Below the pieces are notes generated by a model. The model ran no database searches and had not been told where the DNA came from. It was given only the letters and a program-made list of their open reading frames with translations. A DNA stretch of 64,000 nt from a virus (taxonomy: Duplodnaviria > Caudoviricetes), in the IMG/VR virus record IMGVR_UViG_3300022876_000002. One strand, written 5' to 3'. Position 1 is the first letter of the stretch. Each line of letters begins with the position of its first letter. A program made the position numbers and the translations under genes. Shown one piece after another: positions 27,205 through 36,560 of this stretch.

Positions 27205-27631
27205 TGCTCCCGTATTGCATGAGATCGTTGAGGTTGTAATTGTCGCCGGTAAACGGCTTAGGGGCTGGGTTATTCAGTTTGAGGATACGCTCAACAGCCT
27301 CCCCACTCCAATCGATGGAACATTCACCTATCGTGAGGATGTCGCCCAGATCCCCTTTGCTCCAGGCCACATCACCATTACCACGACGGATGGAAATGGA
27401 GGTAAGGGTGTTAAACGTCTTTGGTATCCTGACGTTATACATCTTGATATTGTTGGACCAGTCGGGACGTTCCAGCTCACCACGCAGGAAGGCAATAACT
27501 TCGGAACGTTCTTCTGGCTTTAGTGGGATCTTGGAGTAAACAGCGTATTCAGTCCCGTGCTTAACTACCGTAGATCGAATTACCTCCACAATCCCCATAT
27601 CCAAGTCGAAACCAAAGACACGTTTGCTCAT
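27191..27631 (-). CDS. hypothetical protein
   Basis: 146 aa. Confidence 0.75.
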   Translation of the reverse strand: MSKRVFGFDLDMGIVEVIRSTVVKHGTEYAVYSKIPLKPEERSEVIAFLRGELERPDWSNNIKMYNVRIPKTFNTLTSISIRRGNGDVAWSKGDLGDILTIGECSIDWSGEAVERILKLNNPAPKPFTGDNYNLNDLMQYGSNGNE

Positions 27632-28098
27632 TCTTTTGCTCCCAGGGCAACCGCATACGCATGTGCCTCTTCTGGCGTCATACCGTCGTTGTAACAGATG
27701 AACAACAACCAGTCCAAGGCAACATACCCGTCGGCAGTAACGTTGCTCTTAGGAGGCTTGTAGAAGTCAGGAGGGGCTATGCCGAGATCTCTACGAATAC
27801 CTTCCTGAATAGCCACCCCGCTAGCACGAATGGCAACCGCCATTGGGCTATTAGTAAACTTACTAACCCGTGGATCGATTTCACGACGACCGATAGGAAT
27901 ACCGTCAGGACCCAAGATTACCCGAGTGTTCAGGAACTCGTTGATAGCATCGAAAGCTTTACGACCTTTTGCTACCTGCACTCCTACTAATGCATTTGCA
28001 GCAAACTGCACCCAGACTTCATTAACGACACCGTTGTCTTTGGTAAACAACGAGGGCTCGTTAACGCTGGGCTTGTACAAACCAAGATCATTACTCAT
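27628..28098 (-). CDS. hypothetical protein with two degenerate WxxW-type modules
   Basis: VVNEVWVQF..., YVALDWLLFICYNDGMTPEEA. Confidence 0.75.
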   Translation of the reverse strand: MSNDLGLYKPSVNEPSLFTKDNGVVNEVWVQFAANALVGVQVAKGRKAFDAINEFLNTRVILGPDGIPIGRREIDPRVSKFTNSPMAVAIRASGVAIQEGIRRDLGIAPPDFYKPPKSNVTADGYVALDWLLFICYNDGMTPEEAHAYAVALGAKE

Positions 28099-28502
28099 AT
28101 CAGATTGTCATCCCTTACAAAGGCGGTTACCCGTTTAGCATCAGTGGAAGGCCATTCGTGAGTGCCTTTCCAGCGAGCTGAGTTATACGTACAGTTTTCT
28201 TTGTTAGCGTACCACACCATCCAAGCCAGACTGAGACTTTTACCCAAGATGGTACATACCACCTTTTCTGGCTCAGGATAATCAATTACTCGGCGCGGTT
28301 CTTTAAGCAATTTATCAACTACTAACATACCAGCCGCTTGAGCCACAGCAATGGTGGCTCGTGGGTTCTTACGGATATACCACAGCATCCAAGCAGAACT
28401 TACCGGATAACGGTGGCTACCGGTGAAAACGCAAGGCTCGTCATTTGCAGGTTGGTATACATCGGATGCACCCAAGCGGTCGTTGACTTTGTCCTTACTC
28501 AT
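28095..28502 (-). CDS. hypothetical protein with two WxxW modules
   Basis: PVSSAWMLWYIRKN..., SLSLAWMVWYANKEN. Confidence 0.75.
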   Translation of the reverse strand: MSKDKVNDRLGASDVYQPANDEPCVFTGSHRYPVSSAWMLWYIRKNPRATIAVAQAAGMLVVDKLLKEPRRVIDYPEPEKVVCTILGKSLSLAWMVWYANKENCTYNSARWKGTHEWPSTDAKRVTAFVRDDNLI

Positions 28503-28507
28503 TATGT

Positions 28508-29101
28508 TTACTCTTTACCTAAGAAAGTTTGACTTGTTGTGAAATACACTTGATTACGGCTAAACACACAGTACTCTGTTGCATCGGCAGAACCCCTACC
28601 GCTCCCGCGGTGGATGGCTCCGTCGTAACCGAGCTTACGGAGTCGGTTGATCTCCATGAAACTATCAAAGAAACGGTACGCCTGGAAATACAAGTCATCC
28701 ACTGACCCGCCTTGGTAAAGGAAGTCAGCTACACCCTTGAAGTTTTTATTGGGGTTTAGTCGCTCGCGCCAGTTATCGGTTTCTTCGATATACTTAGCGA
28801 AGCGAATAGCGATACGTTTGGTCTCACTCCCACCCAACAACATTCTTACATGTCCCAATTCCAGGTAAGGGTCGTTAGGCTGGTTAATAAAAGGACGGTC
28901 CAGTATCAAATGAACGGGGAACACACGCGAAGTGTAGTAGTTTCCCGAGTTGGTAGTTGCTTCCGCATGAATGTTTGCGGTATCTACGTTTCCGAAGTAC
29001 AAAGCGCGGAGGTTAGACTTCGGCGTGTCGTGATGAGGATGTGCACACTCCCCACGATACAAGCACAAAGGTTTACCATCAGGACCTTTATAAAACGGCA
29101 T
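28508..29101 (-). CDS. putative ADP-ribosyltransferase (ART-PolyVal-like)
   Basis: LYRG, LYFG, FPVHLILDRP, LGYDGAIH...EYCVFSRNQV strand order. Confidence 0.6.
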   Translation of the reverse strand: MPFYKGPDGKPLCLYRGECAHPHHDTPKSNLRALYFGNVDTANIHAEATTNSGNYYTSRVFPVHLILDRPFINQPNDPYLELGHVRMLLGGSETKRIAIRFAKYIEETDNWRERLNPNKNFKGVADFLYQGGSVDDLYFQAYRFFDSFMEINRLRKLGYDGAIHRGSGRGSADATEYCVFSRNQVYFTTSQTFLGKE

Positions 29102-29102
29102 G

Positions 29103-29708
29103 TCACTTCTCCTTAAGTAGTCTCGCTAGCTCAGCGTTATCACTGATACGATCTTCTTCTTTGTAAATGTCTTGCAACTTTTGCCAGTGGGGGTCCTTGA
29201 ACCTGAAATCCACAGCAAAAGGTTTACCACTAAACCCAAATTTAGGGAACAATACTAACCGTCCCTTAAACTTACGAATACGGTGTTTAGCCATCCAGCT
29301 GATAATGGCCTTGTCGATGATTTCGTTTTCATCCTCTTCTGTCCACTTGGTGTCTTTTTCCGGATTGAGCCATTTCTCGTTGGCATCAATAGCAAACCCG
29401 TAGATAGTAGAACCATCCAGGATCATGCCATGGTTGCCCTCGTTGATTAACCCTTCGATAACCACTGGGTATTCATCAATGTCCTTAAACGCCCGCTGCA
29501 AAAACTTAGCAGGGTTAGCGGATGCGGCCATGTGCAGACAAAAGTTCTGCTGGATAAACGCTGGGACCAACGGACAGATGTACACGTTCATCTGTTTGAG
29601 TTTCTTTGGGTTGGTGGTGAAATTATCACGGAACCAACTCAGTACGTGCAGTTCTTGTTCAAACGGAGCCAAGTCCGTTGGGAACACATAAGGCGGGAAC
29701 TTACTCAT
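29103..29708 (-). CDS. hypothetical protein, paralog of 29722..30336
   Basis: EGNHG, WLN, LFPKFGFSG shared; probable start MSKFP. Confidence 0.8.
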   Translation of the reverse strand: MSKFPPYVFPTDLAPFEQELHVLSWFRDNFTTNPKKLKQMNVYICPLVPAFIQQNFCLHMAASANPAKFLQRAFKDIDEYPVVIEGLINEGNHGMILDGSTIYGFAIDANEKWLNPEKDTKWTEEDENEIIDKAIISWMAKHRIRKFKGRLVLFPKFGFSGKPFAVDFRFKDPHWQKLQDIYKEEDRISDNAELARLLKEK

Positions 29709-29721
29709 TAATACAAATCCT

Positions 29722-30336
29722 TTACAGTTTCTTGGGCATTCCGCTAAAGCCGAACTCTGGGAACAACATAACTTTCCCGCCATCAAGGGTACCGTGTTCT
29801 TCTTCCCAGCGATCGACGACGTCTTTCATGATTGCCCACTCGTCATCTGGGTGCCAGCGTTTTTGTTGTTTGTCATTCAACCAACGCGGTTGGGTGTTGA
29901 GGTTGATACCGTGAACATCACCGTCTTTAGACCAGATAACCCCGTGGTTACCTTCTTTCAACATACGCTCGATGATCTCAAGCCAGACAGCTTTCTCATC
30001 AAAGCAGGCTACCCAGAAATCAACTGGGTCCACTTCGTACCGCAAGACCGGATTCAACAACGAGCGCTGAATGAACTTAGGCACTTGCGGGTAGATCCGC
30101 TTGGCGAGGTTGTACAGATTCTTTTTCTTGGCAGCCCAGTTGTCGTAGAAGTAAGCGATTACAGCGTTCTCCTGCTCCATTGGGGTGCCGTCAACAGGGA
30201 ACACGAAGCGGCTTGGTGGGCGAGTGGAAAACTTCGGCTTACGCCAGTCACGGAAGATCTTAGCGATCTCTTTGGTGGTATCGTCAGAAACAGATACACC
30301 GGCCAGTTCATTACGGAGTTCTTTAGTAGTGTCCAT
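29722..30336 (-). CDS. hypothetical protein, paralog of 29103..29708
   Basis: EGNHG, WLN, LFPEFGFSG. Confidence 0.8.
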   Translation of the reverse strand: MDTTKELRNELAGVSVSDDTTKEIAKIFRDWRKPKFSTRPPSRFVFPVDGTPMEQENAVIAYFYDNWAAKKKNLYNLAKRIYPQVPKFIQRSLLNPVLRYEVDPVDFWVACFDEKAVWLEIIERMLKEGNHGVIWSKDGDVHGINLNTQPRWLNDKQQKRWHPDDEWAIMKDVVDRWEEEHGTLDGGKVMLFPEFGFSGMPKKL

Positions 30337-30340
30337 TACC

Positions 30341-31153
30341 TTATCCTTTCATATACTTGTTAATTGCTTCTTGTAGCCCGGTCGGTTTGCGAGTGAGTAC
30401 TACACGACCCGTTATAGAACGCAAGTCGACTTCGATTTCAATGGCGTAAGCATCAAACAATTCTGGCGTAAGTAGTGAGTTCTGCAACTCATGCATTACT
30501 GACGTGGCGATGGTAGACCGCACAAAACACTCTGCCTGGTTAGCCATACGCTTGGTAATCCAATCCATCCAGCTGGGATTGATAACCAAAATGGTGTTCT
30601 CTGGATTGAAGGCTGAGAACATGTGTGGTTCGTCAATCAAGAACCCATGCTGTGTAAGCAGGTGGTTGGCTTCATAAACCGTGTTGTACACACGCTCGAA
30701 CAAACGGGAGTTAAATGGACCTACTTGCGGCACAGCAAGCAAGTGCAGGAGTCCACACAAGGAGTCCAGTTCTTTTTTGGAGCTACCTATTACACCACCG
30801 CGCTGTTCAATACCCTTAGCCCAGTCATCAACTGCTTTGCCATAGGCTACATGTCGCGCCATTTTGCCTTCGGACCCATCTGGATTAGGGCCGAATGCTT
30901 CTGTATAAGTGTGGAGTTGGCGCATGGTCTCAATAACTGTCTTGATGGTATCGGCAGCAAGTGGCTCAGTAATTACCGCATGCAGTTCAAGAAACAGAAG
31001 TCCTATCTGATGAACTTGTTCTGGCAACGATACCTGGTGGTGCAAGAACGTTCCATGATTTGTAATCCAACGCATGACAACTGCTTCGAACTTGTTGGAC
31101 ACACTCAGTTGGTTGGTAGCTCGCGAGTACTCACCATCACCTGCTTCAAGCAT
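30341..31153 (-). CDS. hypothetical protein with WxxW module
   Basis: VINPSWMDWITKR. Confidence 0.8.
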   Translation of the reverse strand: MLEAGDGEYSRATNQLSVSNKFEAVVMRWITNHGTFLHHQVSLPEQVHQIGLLFLELHAVITEPLAADTIKTVIETMRQLHTYTEAFGPNPDGSEGKMARHVAYGKAVDDWAKGIEQRGGVIGSSKKELDSLCGLLHLLAVPQVGPFNSRLFERVYNTVYEANHLLTQHGFLIDEPHMFSAFNPENTILVINPSWMDWITKRMANQAECFVRSTIATSVMHELQNSLLTPELFDAYAIEIEVDLRSITGRVVLTRKPTGLQEAINKYMKG

Positions 31154-31394
31154 CTTCTAACGCTCCACTGAAAGTCACAGTTGCCTTGCCGTCACGGCTA
31201 ACGGTAGCGGTGACACCTGGCTTGGCTTTGATGAATGCCGGGGCACGTTCAGCCACTACGTCCAGGATAGGGTCGATCCCTTCAAATGCCTGAGACTCGT
31301 GCAGAACATACCAGCCAATCCAATCACGCGAAACAATCCACCCCATGTTAGGTGTCTTACGTAGCAGGGCTGGTTCTTTCTTGTGCTTTCCCAT
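31146..31394 (-). CDS. small protein consisting largely of the WxxW module
   Basis: IVSRDWIGWYVLH. Confidence 0.7.
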   Translation of the reverse strand: MGKHKKEPALLRKTPNMGWIVSRDWIGWYVLHESQAFEGIDPILDVVAERAPAFIKAKPGVTATVSRDGKATVTFSGALEDA

Positions 31395-31403
31395 AACTAA
31401 TCC

Positions 31404-31781
31404 TTAGCTGGTTTGTTGCTCGCCTGGCTTAACACCGACGTACGCTTTAATACCGTTGAGAATGAAATCCACACTGGTGTCAGTGAGCTTGTCCGCACCA
31501 AAGAACTGTACGGTCATGCGCATGTCTTTCTTGTCGATCACCGAGTGCATGCTGAAAAACGGCACCTGGGAAGGACCGCGTTGTTCTACTACCAGGATAA
31601 CACCAACGTTTTGTTTCTTTTCGTTCTTGCCTACGCTGGTGTTGAAAAGGAAACGACGACCATGCAGTTCCTTGGGAACTACGTCCTCGTCACCGAAGGC
31701 TTGTTGCAGAACGACCTTGTTGGTTTCAATGTAGGTCTGCAGAGCGGTGTAGACTTGTTTGAAAGGGGCTGTGCGTGCCAT
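31404..31781 (-). CDS. hypothetical protein, tandem triplet member 3
   Basis: VPKELHGRRFLFN. Confidence 0.8.
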   Translation of the reverse strand: MARTAPFKQVYTALQTYIETNKVVLQQAFGDEDVVPKELHGRRFLFNTSVGKNEKKQNVGVILVVEQRGPSQVPFFSMHSVIDKKDMRMTVQFFGADKLTDTSVDFILNGIKAYVGVKPGEQQTS

Positions 31782-31789
31782 GATGGTCC

Positions 31790-32221
31790 TTAGTGCAAAG
31801 TACGTGGAGTAGTAGGAGGAGTGGGGTCGTTTGCTGCTTCTGGCTGTGGGTTGGTGTCAGTCGCCAGGAGTAGTTCCAGACCGGTGAGCAATGCTGCGAG
31901 TTCTTCAACACTGAAATCAGGGGTAACCTGGCCGTCAGTTACTGGGTAGTTTGTGGAGTGGGTTGACTCGCGATCCTTCAGCACATAAAAGTAGCAAGCC
32001 ATCACGGTTTGGTCACCAATGGTTTCCTCGATCCCGATGATGAGCAAATTATTGCCGTAGTTGTCACCACCCAGACCAGCATTAAAACTGAAGATACGTT
32101 TGTCCAGACTCTTCGGTACCGAGTTACCACCCTTGAGCATGATCGTGGGTTTCAGGTTATGCTTGCGCACATACTCGGTGAGATCAGTGTGCAGTTTGAC
32201 AACCGATTGGTAATCTTTCAT
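31790..32221 (-). CDS. hypothetical protein, tandem triplet member 2
   Basis: VPKSLDKRIFSFN. Confidence 0.8.
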   Translation of the reverse strand: MKDYQSVVKLHTDLTEYVRKHNLKPTIMLKGGNSVPKSLDKRIFSFNAGLGGDNYGNNLLIIGIEETIGDQTVMACYFYVLKDRESTHSTNYPVTDGQVTPDFSVEELAALLTGLELLLATDTNPQPEAANDPTPPTTPRTLH

Positions 32222-32230
32222 AATACGACC

Positions 32231-32668
32231 TTAATGTAGTGTTTTGTTAGCTGGGACAGCAGCTTCCTGGAGCTCGGTAGTAGTCCAGGTCTGGATTTGG
32301 CCAGCCGGGATAGTGCCGCTCAGGTAAACCATCAGATTGATCAACAGGATTTTTACCCAGTCTTCTTCGATCCGCTCGTCAGTCAGGTTATCGACGTTGA
32401 GACCGTTGGTTTCACGGTTACCATAAATAACCATAAACGGTACGTGGTCAGTGAACGTATTATCTTTCTCTTCACCGATAAAGATACCGCTGTCACCAGC
32501 ACCAGCCATGTCGGTTACCAGGGTATAGTAGAAGAAACGACCTTCCAGTGGGGTCTTTACTTCCCCTGTGGATTTAACTGAGATATACAAGCCTTCGGCA
32601 CCTTTTTCGGTACAGTGTTCGAAAAGCTTTTCCATCATTACACCCAAATCGGCTGCGTCGATACGCAT
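32231..32668 (-). CDS. hypothetical protein, tandem triplet member 1
   Basis: VKTPLEGRFFYYT; start MRIDA after a GGAGG RBS. Confidence 0.8.
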   Translation of the reverse strand: MRIDAADLGVMMEKLFEHCTEKGAEGLYISVKSTGEVKTPLEGRFFYYTLVTDMAGAGDSGIFIGEEKDNTFTDHVPFMVIYGNRETNGLNVDNLTDERIEEDWVKILLINLMVYLSGTIPAGQIQTWTTTELQEAAVPANKTLH

Positions 32669-32693
32669 AAGACCTCCAAACAAAATTGACTTG

Positions 32694-32712
32694 CTACACC
32701 TTAGTAATATAG
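32694..32712 (-). promoter_or_regulatory. early promoter-like motif CTATATTACT-AAGGTGTAG
   Basis: upstream of the 32668 start, just downstream of the 32737 hairpin. Confidence 0.7.
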
Positions 32713-32736
32713 ATGTATTAATCGTTTAAAGTTACC

Positions 32737-32769
32737 TACCCTACCTACCCTTTTGGGGTAGGTAGGGTA
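32737..32769. terminator. 14-bp hairpin taccctacctaccc/gggtaggtagggta
   Basis: intergenic. Confidence 0.75.
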
Positions 32770-32778
32770 TACCGGTAT

Positions 32779-33396
32779 TTAGTAAAGTGACACGTGGTCA
32801 ACAGACTTGACAAAGGTAACTTCGAACGGGTTGTGTATACCAGGAATTGGTGTAAATACGGTCAGGTCTTGGGCGTAGTCTTTGGCAATTTTGGCCGCCG
32901 CTACCTTCCAGGCTTCTTGACGGCTTACACTGTGACGGTGGGTATACCAGTCAATCCACTCGCGGTTGATCACCGCACCGGAATGGTTGTCATCGTGGTA
33001 GACTTTGGGTTCTTCTGGACCATCGTTCTCGATTTTCCAGAGAGCCTTAACCAGTTTGTCCACTACGGTAATAACCGGCAGGCGGTTACCTTCAGCGTCT
33101 TTGGTGGCTATAGCCAGTACACCAGGAGTAATACGTGGCGCTGCCATACGTTTAACTACTTCTTGACGGATGAGGGGTTCCACGTCCTTGTAGAAGAACC
33201 GATAAACGGTCGCGCCGTCGGTAACGATACCGATGTTCAGTTCACCGGTGGAGGCCTCAGGGAAACGTACCAACAGCCATTCAGTGAACTGCCGGTCGTT
33301 CATTTTCTGCAAGAGGTTGAGCGCCAGCTCTTGGGCCTGGCGCAGGTTGTCACCTTCCAATTCAACCAGGAAATTCTTGCTCACACGTGTAGCCAT
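32779..33396 (-). CDS. hypothetical protein with WxxW module
   Basis: VINREWIDWYTHRHSVSRQEAWKVA. Confidence 0.8.
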   Translation of the reverse strand: MATRVSKNFLVELEGDNLRQAQELALNLLQKMNDRQFTEWLLVRFPEASTGELNIGIVTDGATVYRFFYKDVEPLIRQEVVKRMAAPRITPGVLAIATKDAEGNRLPVITVVDKLVKALWKIENDGPEEPKVYHDDNHSGAVINREWIDWYTHRHSVSRQEAWKVAAAKIAKDYAQDLTVFTPIPGIHNPFEVTFVKSVDHVSLY

Positions 33397-33410
33397 TGTC
33401 TTACTCCTTG

Positions 33411-34304
33411 TTAGAGCGCTTCGGTAATGCGCACTTTAGTTACTTGATGCATGTTGAAGCCAAACGTACCTTTGTAGATGCACAAGCCGTCCACATGAAT
33501 GGTCGACGCATCCCAACCTTTGGCTTTAGCCAGGTCTTCGGCAATGCGATGTGTAGCAGCTGTGACCAGTCCCAGAATACTGGAAGAGGTCTTGTCACGT
33601 TGACGCACTAGCAACCAGACTAAATACGTAGGGTTAACGAAATACTCACCATCCACCTGCAACCCTTTAACCGGTGGCATGTCAACCAACCCTGACCCCC
33701 TGTACCAGGCACATAACACATCAGTAAACTGGTTCAGCAGCCCAATAATCAACTCGCCGGTAACTTCGTAAACGGGGCTATCTACTGACAGTTTAGCACC
33801 TTTATCCAAGTCACTCAGACTGAACACTACGTTACCGACCTGTTTAGAAAAGAAACTACATTGGAACTTTTCTTTGTCGATACGTACCAAGAAGTTACCT
33901 AGGTCATACTCAGTAAGGTTATCTACATGATGACTGTACACACCCAGGGCGATGTGGTACATGACAATCTCGTAAATATCGCCCTGGTACGACTTCATAC
34001 TGAACGTCGATCGTTTGGGTTGTGACAACCAATGCAGGAAGATAGAGTCCAGCGCACCGATTACCCAGTTGCGGTCACATTGGGTTCCCCATTGTTCATC
34101 CGGCCACATCAACTGACCAGATGCACCAACACTAACTGCCTTGATTCCATTTACCCAGAAAGAATATTCGTTGAGTGCACTGTAGTGGTACTCGGACAGT
34201 TTAAGACAAACACTACCGTCTTGGCTGTAGATACCGCCATCTTGGGCATACACACCCATTTTGCCAAGTACCGAGAACTTTTCAGCTAAAGCTTTATCAG
34301 ACAT
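33411..34304 (-). CDS. hypothetical protein, ~300-aa tandem triplet member
   Basis: 297 aa; FVNPTYLVW module near C-terminus. Confidence 0.8.
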   Translation of the reverse strand: MSDKALAEKFSVLGKMGVYAQDGGIYSQDGSVCLKLSEYHYSALNEYSFWVNGIKAVSVGASGQLMWPDEQWGTQCDRNWVIGALDSIFLHWLSQPKRSTFSMKSYQGDIYEIVMYHIALGVYSHHVDNLTEYDLGNFLVRIDKEKFQCSFFSKQVGNVVFSLSDLDKGAKLSVDSPVYEVTGELIIGLLNQFTDVLCAWYRGSGLVDMPPVKGLQVDGEYFVNPTYLVWLLVRQRDKTSSSILGLVTAATHRIAEDLAKAKGWDASTIHVDGLCIYKGTFGFNMHQVTKVRITEAL

Positions 34305-34313
34305 GGCTGCTCC

Positions 34314-35297
34314 TTAATAGCAGATAACTTCTTCCTTAATCTCGACAATTTCGAACTGTCGCGACTCCAAGTTCTTGATACGAGCTTCGTACCGACTACC
34401 CTCTGGAGCAGGACGCCGCTTCTCCAACTGATGTAAAGCGCGTTTGACACCATCTACAGTCAGCTGCTCCAACGTACTAGGTCGGCCTTTGGCGTCGTTC
34501 AGCTCACTCCACATAATCCAGGCTGGGGTAACAAACCGCTGATTACCAGCTACCATGTAAGTAACTGGTGGCTCTTTATCCAAACGGCCAGAGTCATGCC
34601 AATGCTCACGTACATGGTTATAGAAACTAGACATGACACAAGTCATGATCCTGGTGTCTATTTTGTTAGAGTACTGTGTACTGACGTGTTTAATACCATC
34701 GGACACCACGCAGTAATCAAACAAGTGCTCATCCAGGTGTTCGCCTGGCAGGCGCAGGTACACAGAGAACATTCCGTTCTTCTGATCTACCTTGATGAAG
34801 AAGAAACCCAAGTCCCAATCTACCTGAGTCAGGAAGTTGCTGAAAATACCAACCCCTTGCAACCATCTGCCTAGCTCGTGCATATCGCCGTGCGTGTGCT
34901 CGATGCGGAAACCTTTACCGCCCTCACGCACAACCATGTTGCGCCACTCACCGCCAGTTTTGTCAGTGCGTAACCAATCGAGGAAAAACTCTTGCAAGAT
35001 GCTGGAGAGCTTATCGATACCGTACAGTTCTTCTGCTGCTGGAGTAGGCCAGTTAAAGAAGTCAGTGGCCTTAGACCAGCAAGCCAGTTGCATCCCATTA
35101 ACAGTCAGTGCAAACCTGACACCGTAAGCATCCACCCGGTCATTCCAGGAGAGTATAGTAGTCTGGTCCTTGCTCACCAACTGTTGCTTGAAATGGAATA
35201 AACCGTAACGTACGTAACTAGCCATTTGCATGAAAAAGTCGTGACGTTTCTTGTCACGACGGTCTAGCGCATCCCTTACTTTACCCATGCCCGGCAC
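34314..35297 (-). CDS. hypothetical protein, ~300-aa tandem triplet member
   Basis: 327 aa; FVTPAWIMW; ends IVEIKEEVICY. Confidence 0.8.
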   Translation of the reverse strand: MPGMGKVRDALDRRDKKRHDFFMQMASYVRYGLFHFKQQLVSKDQTTILSWNDRVDAYGVRFALTVNGMQLACWSKATDFFNWPTPAAEELYGIDKLSSILQEFFLDWLRTDKTGGEWRNMVVREGGKGFRIEHTHGDMHELGRWLQGVGIFSNFLTQVDWDLGFFFIKVDQKNGMFSVYLRLPGEHLDEHLFDYCVVSDGIKHVSTQYSNKIDTRIMTCVMSSFYNHVREHWHDSGRLDKEPPVTYMVAGNQRFVTPAWIMWSELNDAKGRPSTLEQLTVDGVKRALHQLEKRRPAPEGSRYEARIKNLESRQFEIVEIKEEVICY

Positions 35298-35300
35298 TCC

Positions 35301-36242
35301 TTAGTAAACTACGGTTTCCTTGATCTCGATGATCTGGAACGATAACGCGTACATATCTAGGAAACGTACACGGTAGATGTTACTTGGCAAGTTGGACTCT
35401 TCTGCCAAATTACCAGCAATTGTAGCTACTGCTTTCTTGAAAGCAGTGGTACCAGACCAGTGGGCTTCAATATGACTGGGGTCACCACCGAAGATCTGCC
35501 ACGCCAGCCACAGGGAATTAATGGCACGGACGCCGGTGAAATCAGTAACCCATTCCCACTGTTGTGGTTCTTTGGCAATCAACCCGCTAGTTAGCAGGAA
35601 GTCGCGGTAGTGTTTGGTAAGGCGGACAAAGATTCCCAATACCACGGCAGGTGTAAGCGAAGCATCCAGCATGCGGAAGTCAAAGATGTCTTCCGGGCGT
35701 TCTGAATTCAGAGTAACCTGGATTACTTCTTTTGCGAGGTTGGTATTGACAACGCTGATTGCTACACCATCACCATCTTTCAAAGACACTTCAAACACAT
35801 CAAAACGCCACGTACGTTTGAGGTGAGTCAAGAAACCAGTCTGTAACAGCGTGCTAAGTACCTCTGGCACGCGATTGGTGAAATCCTTACCAACCATCTT
35901 GGTGGTGATAGACGAATAGATTTCTTGTAGTTCTTCTTTGTCCGAGTTGATGTACCGAACGCAGATAGCACGCAAAATTCCATCCAACTCCTTGATGGGA
36001 TAAACCGCCTTGATCTCTTCGCGACCAAAGTAGTTAAAGGAGTGGTCCATACCAGAGTAGTAACCAATGTTCAGGTTCTCTACGAACAACCCAATGTTAG
36101 GCTGTGTCCTGGAACCAAAGCTGTCAGGACTTACCTGGATATAAGTACCTTCCTGACCGCTATCAAACTTACTGCCTGGGTCGAACTCCGCACCATAAGT
36201 GCGCATTTTCGAGACCTGCTTGGCAAAAAAATTATTATCCAT
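35301..36242 (-). CDS. hypothetical protein, ~300-aa tandem triplet member
   Basis: 313 aa; AINSLWLAW; ends IIEIKETVVY. Confidence 0.8.
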   Translation of the reverse strand: MDNNFFAKQVSKMRTYGAEFDPGSKFDSGQEGTYIQVSPDSFGSRTQPNIGLFVENLNIGYYSGMDHSFNYFGREEIKAVYPIKELDGILRAICVRYINSDKEELQEIYSSITTKMVGKDFTNRVPEVLSTLLQTGFLTHLKRTWRFDVFEVSLKDGDGVAISVVNTNLAKEVIQVTLNSERPEDIFDFRMLDASLTPAVVLGIFVRLTKHYRDFLLTSGLIAKEPQQWEWVTDFTGVRAINSLWLAWQIFGGDPSHIEAHWSGTTAFKKAVATIAGNLAEESNLPSNIYRVRFLDMYALSFQIIEIKETVVY

Positions 36243-36558
36243 GGAAACGTGATTCCTTTTTGGTACGTTCCCTAAGGATCAGTTGCTTACCGCCCTTAGG
36301 GTGTTGTGTTTCAGAGATTACTTCAAAACCAAAATGTGATACCAAGATAGCCCGGGAGTCTGCTACAGGTTGGATAGTCACACAACCGGTGTCCCGCCTT
36401 TTAAGCTTCTTCATCTCTCCCAGAACAGGCAAGTGATAAACAGCGTAAGTGTACTCGTCAATAAGCTCCTCAAAGAGCTCGCGAGCCTTCTGCTCGTCAA
36501 GCCCTTCGAAGAGTTTAGTGAAACGAGCCGTAAGTATGGACTCGTCTTTTTCTGACAT
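36235..36558 (-). CDS. hypothetical protein
   Basis: 107 aa. Confidence 0.7.
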   Translation of the reverse strand: MSEKDESILTARFTKLFEGLDEQKARELFEELIDEYTYAVYHLPVLGEMKKLKRRDTGCVTIQPVADSRAILVSHFGFEVISETQHPKGGKQLILRERTKKESRFHG

Positions 36559-36560
36559 TG

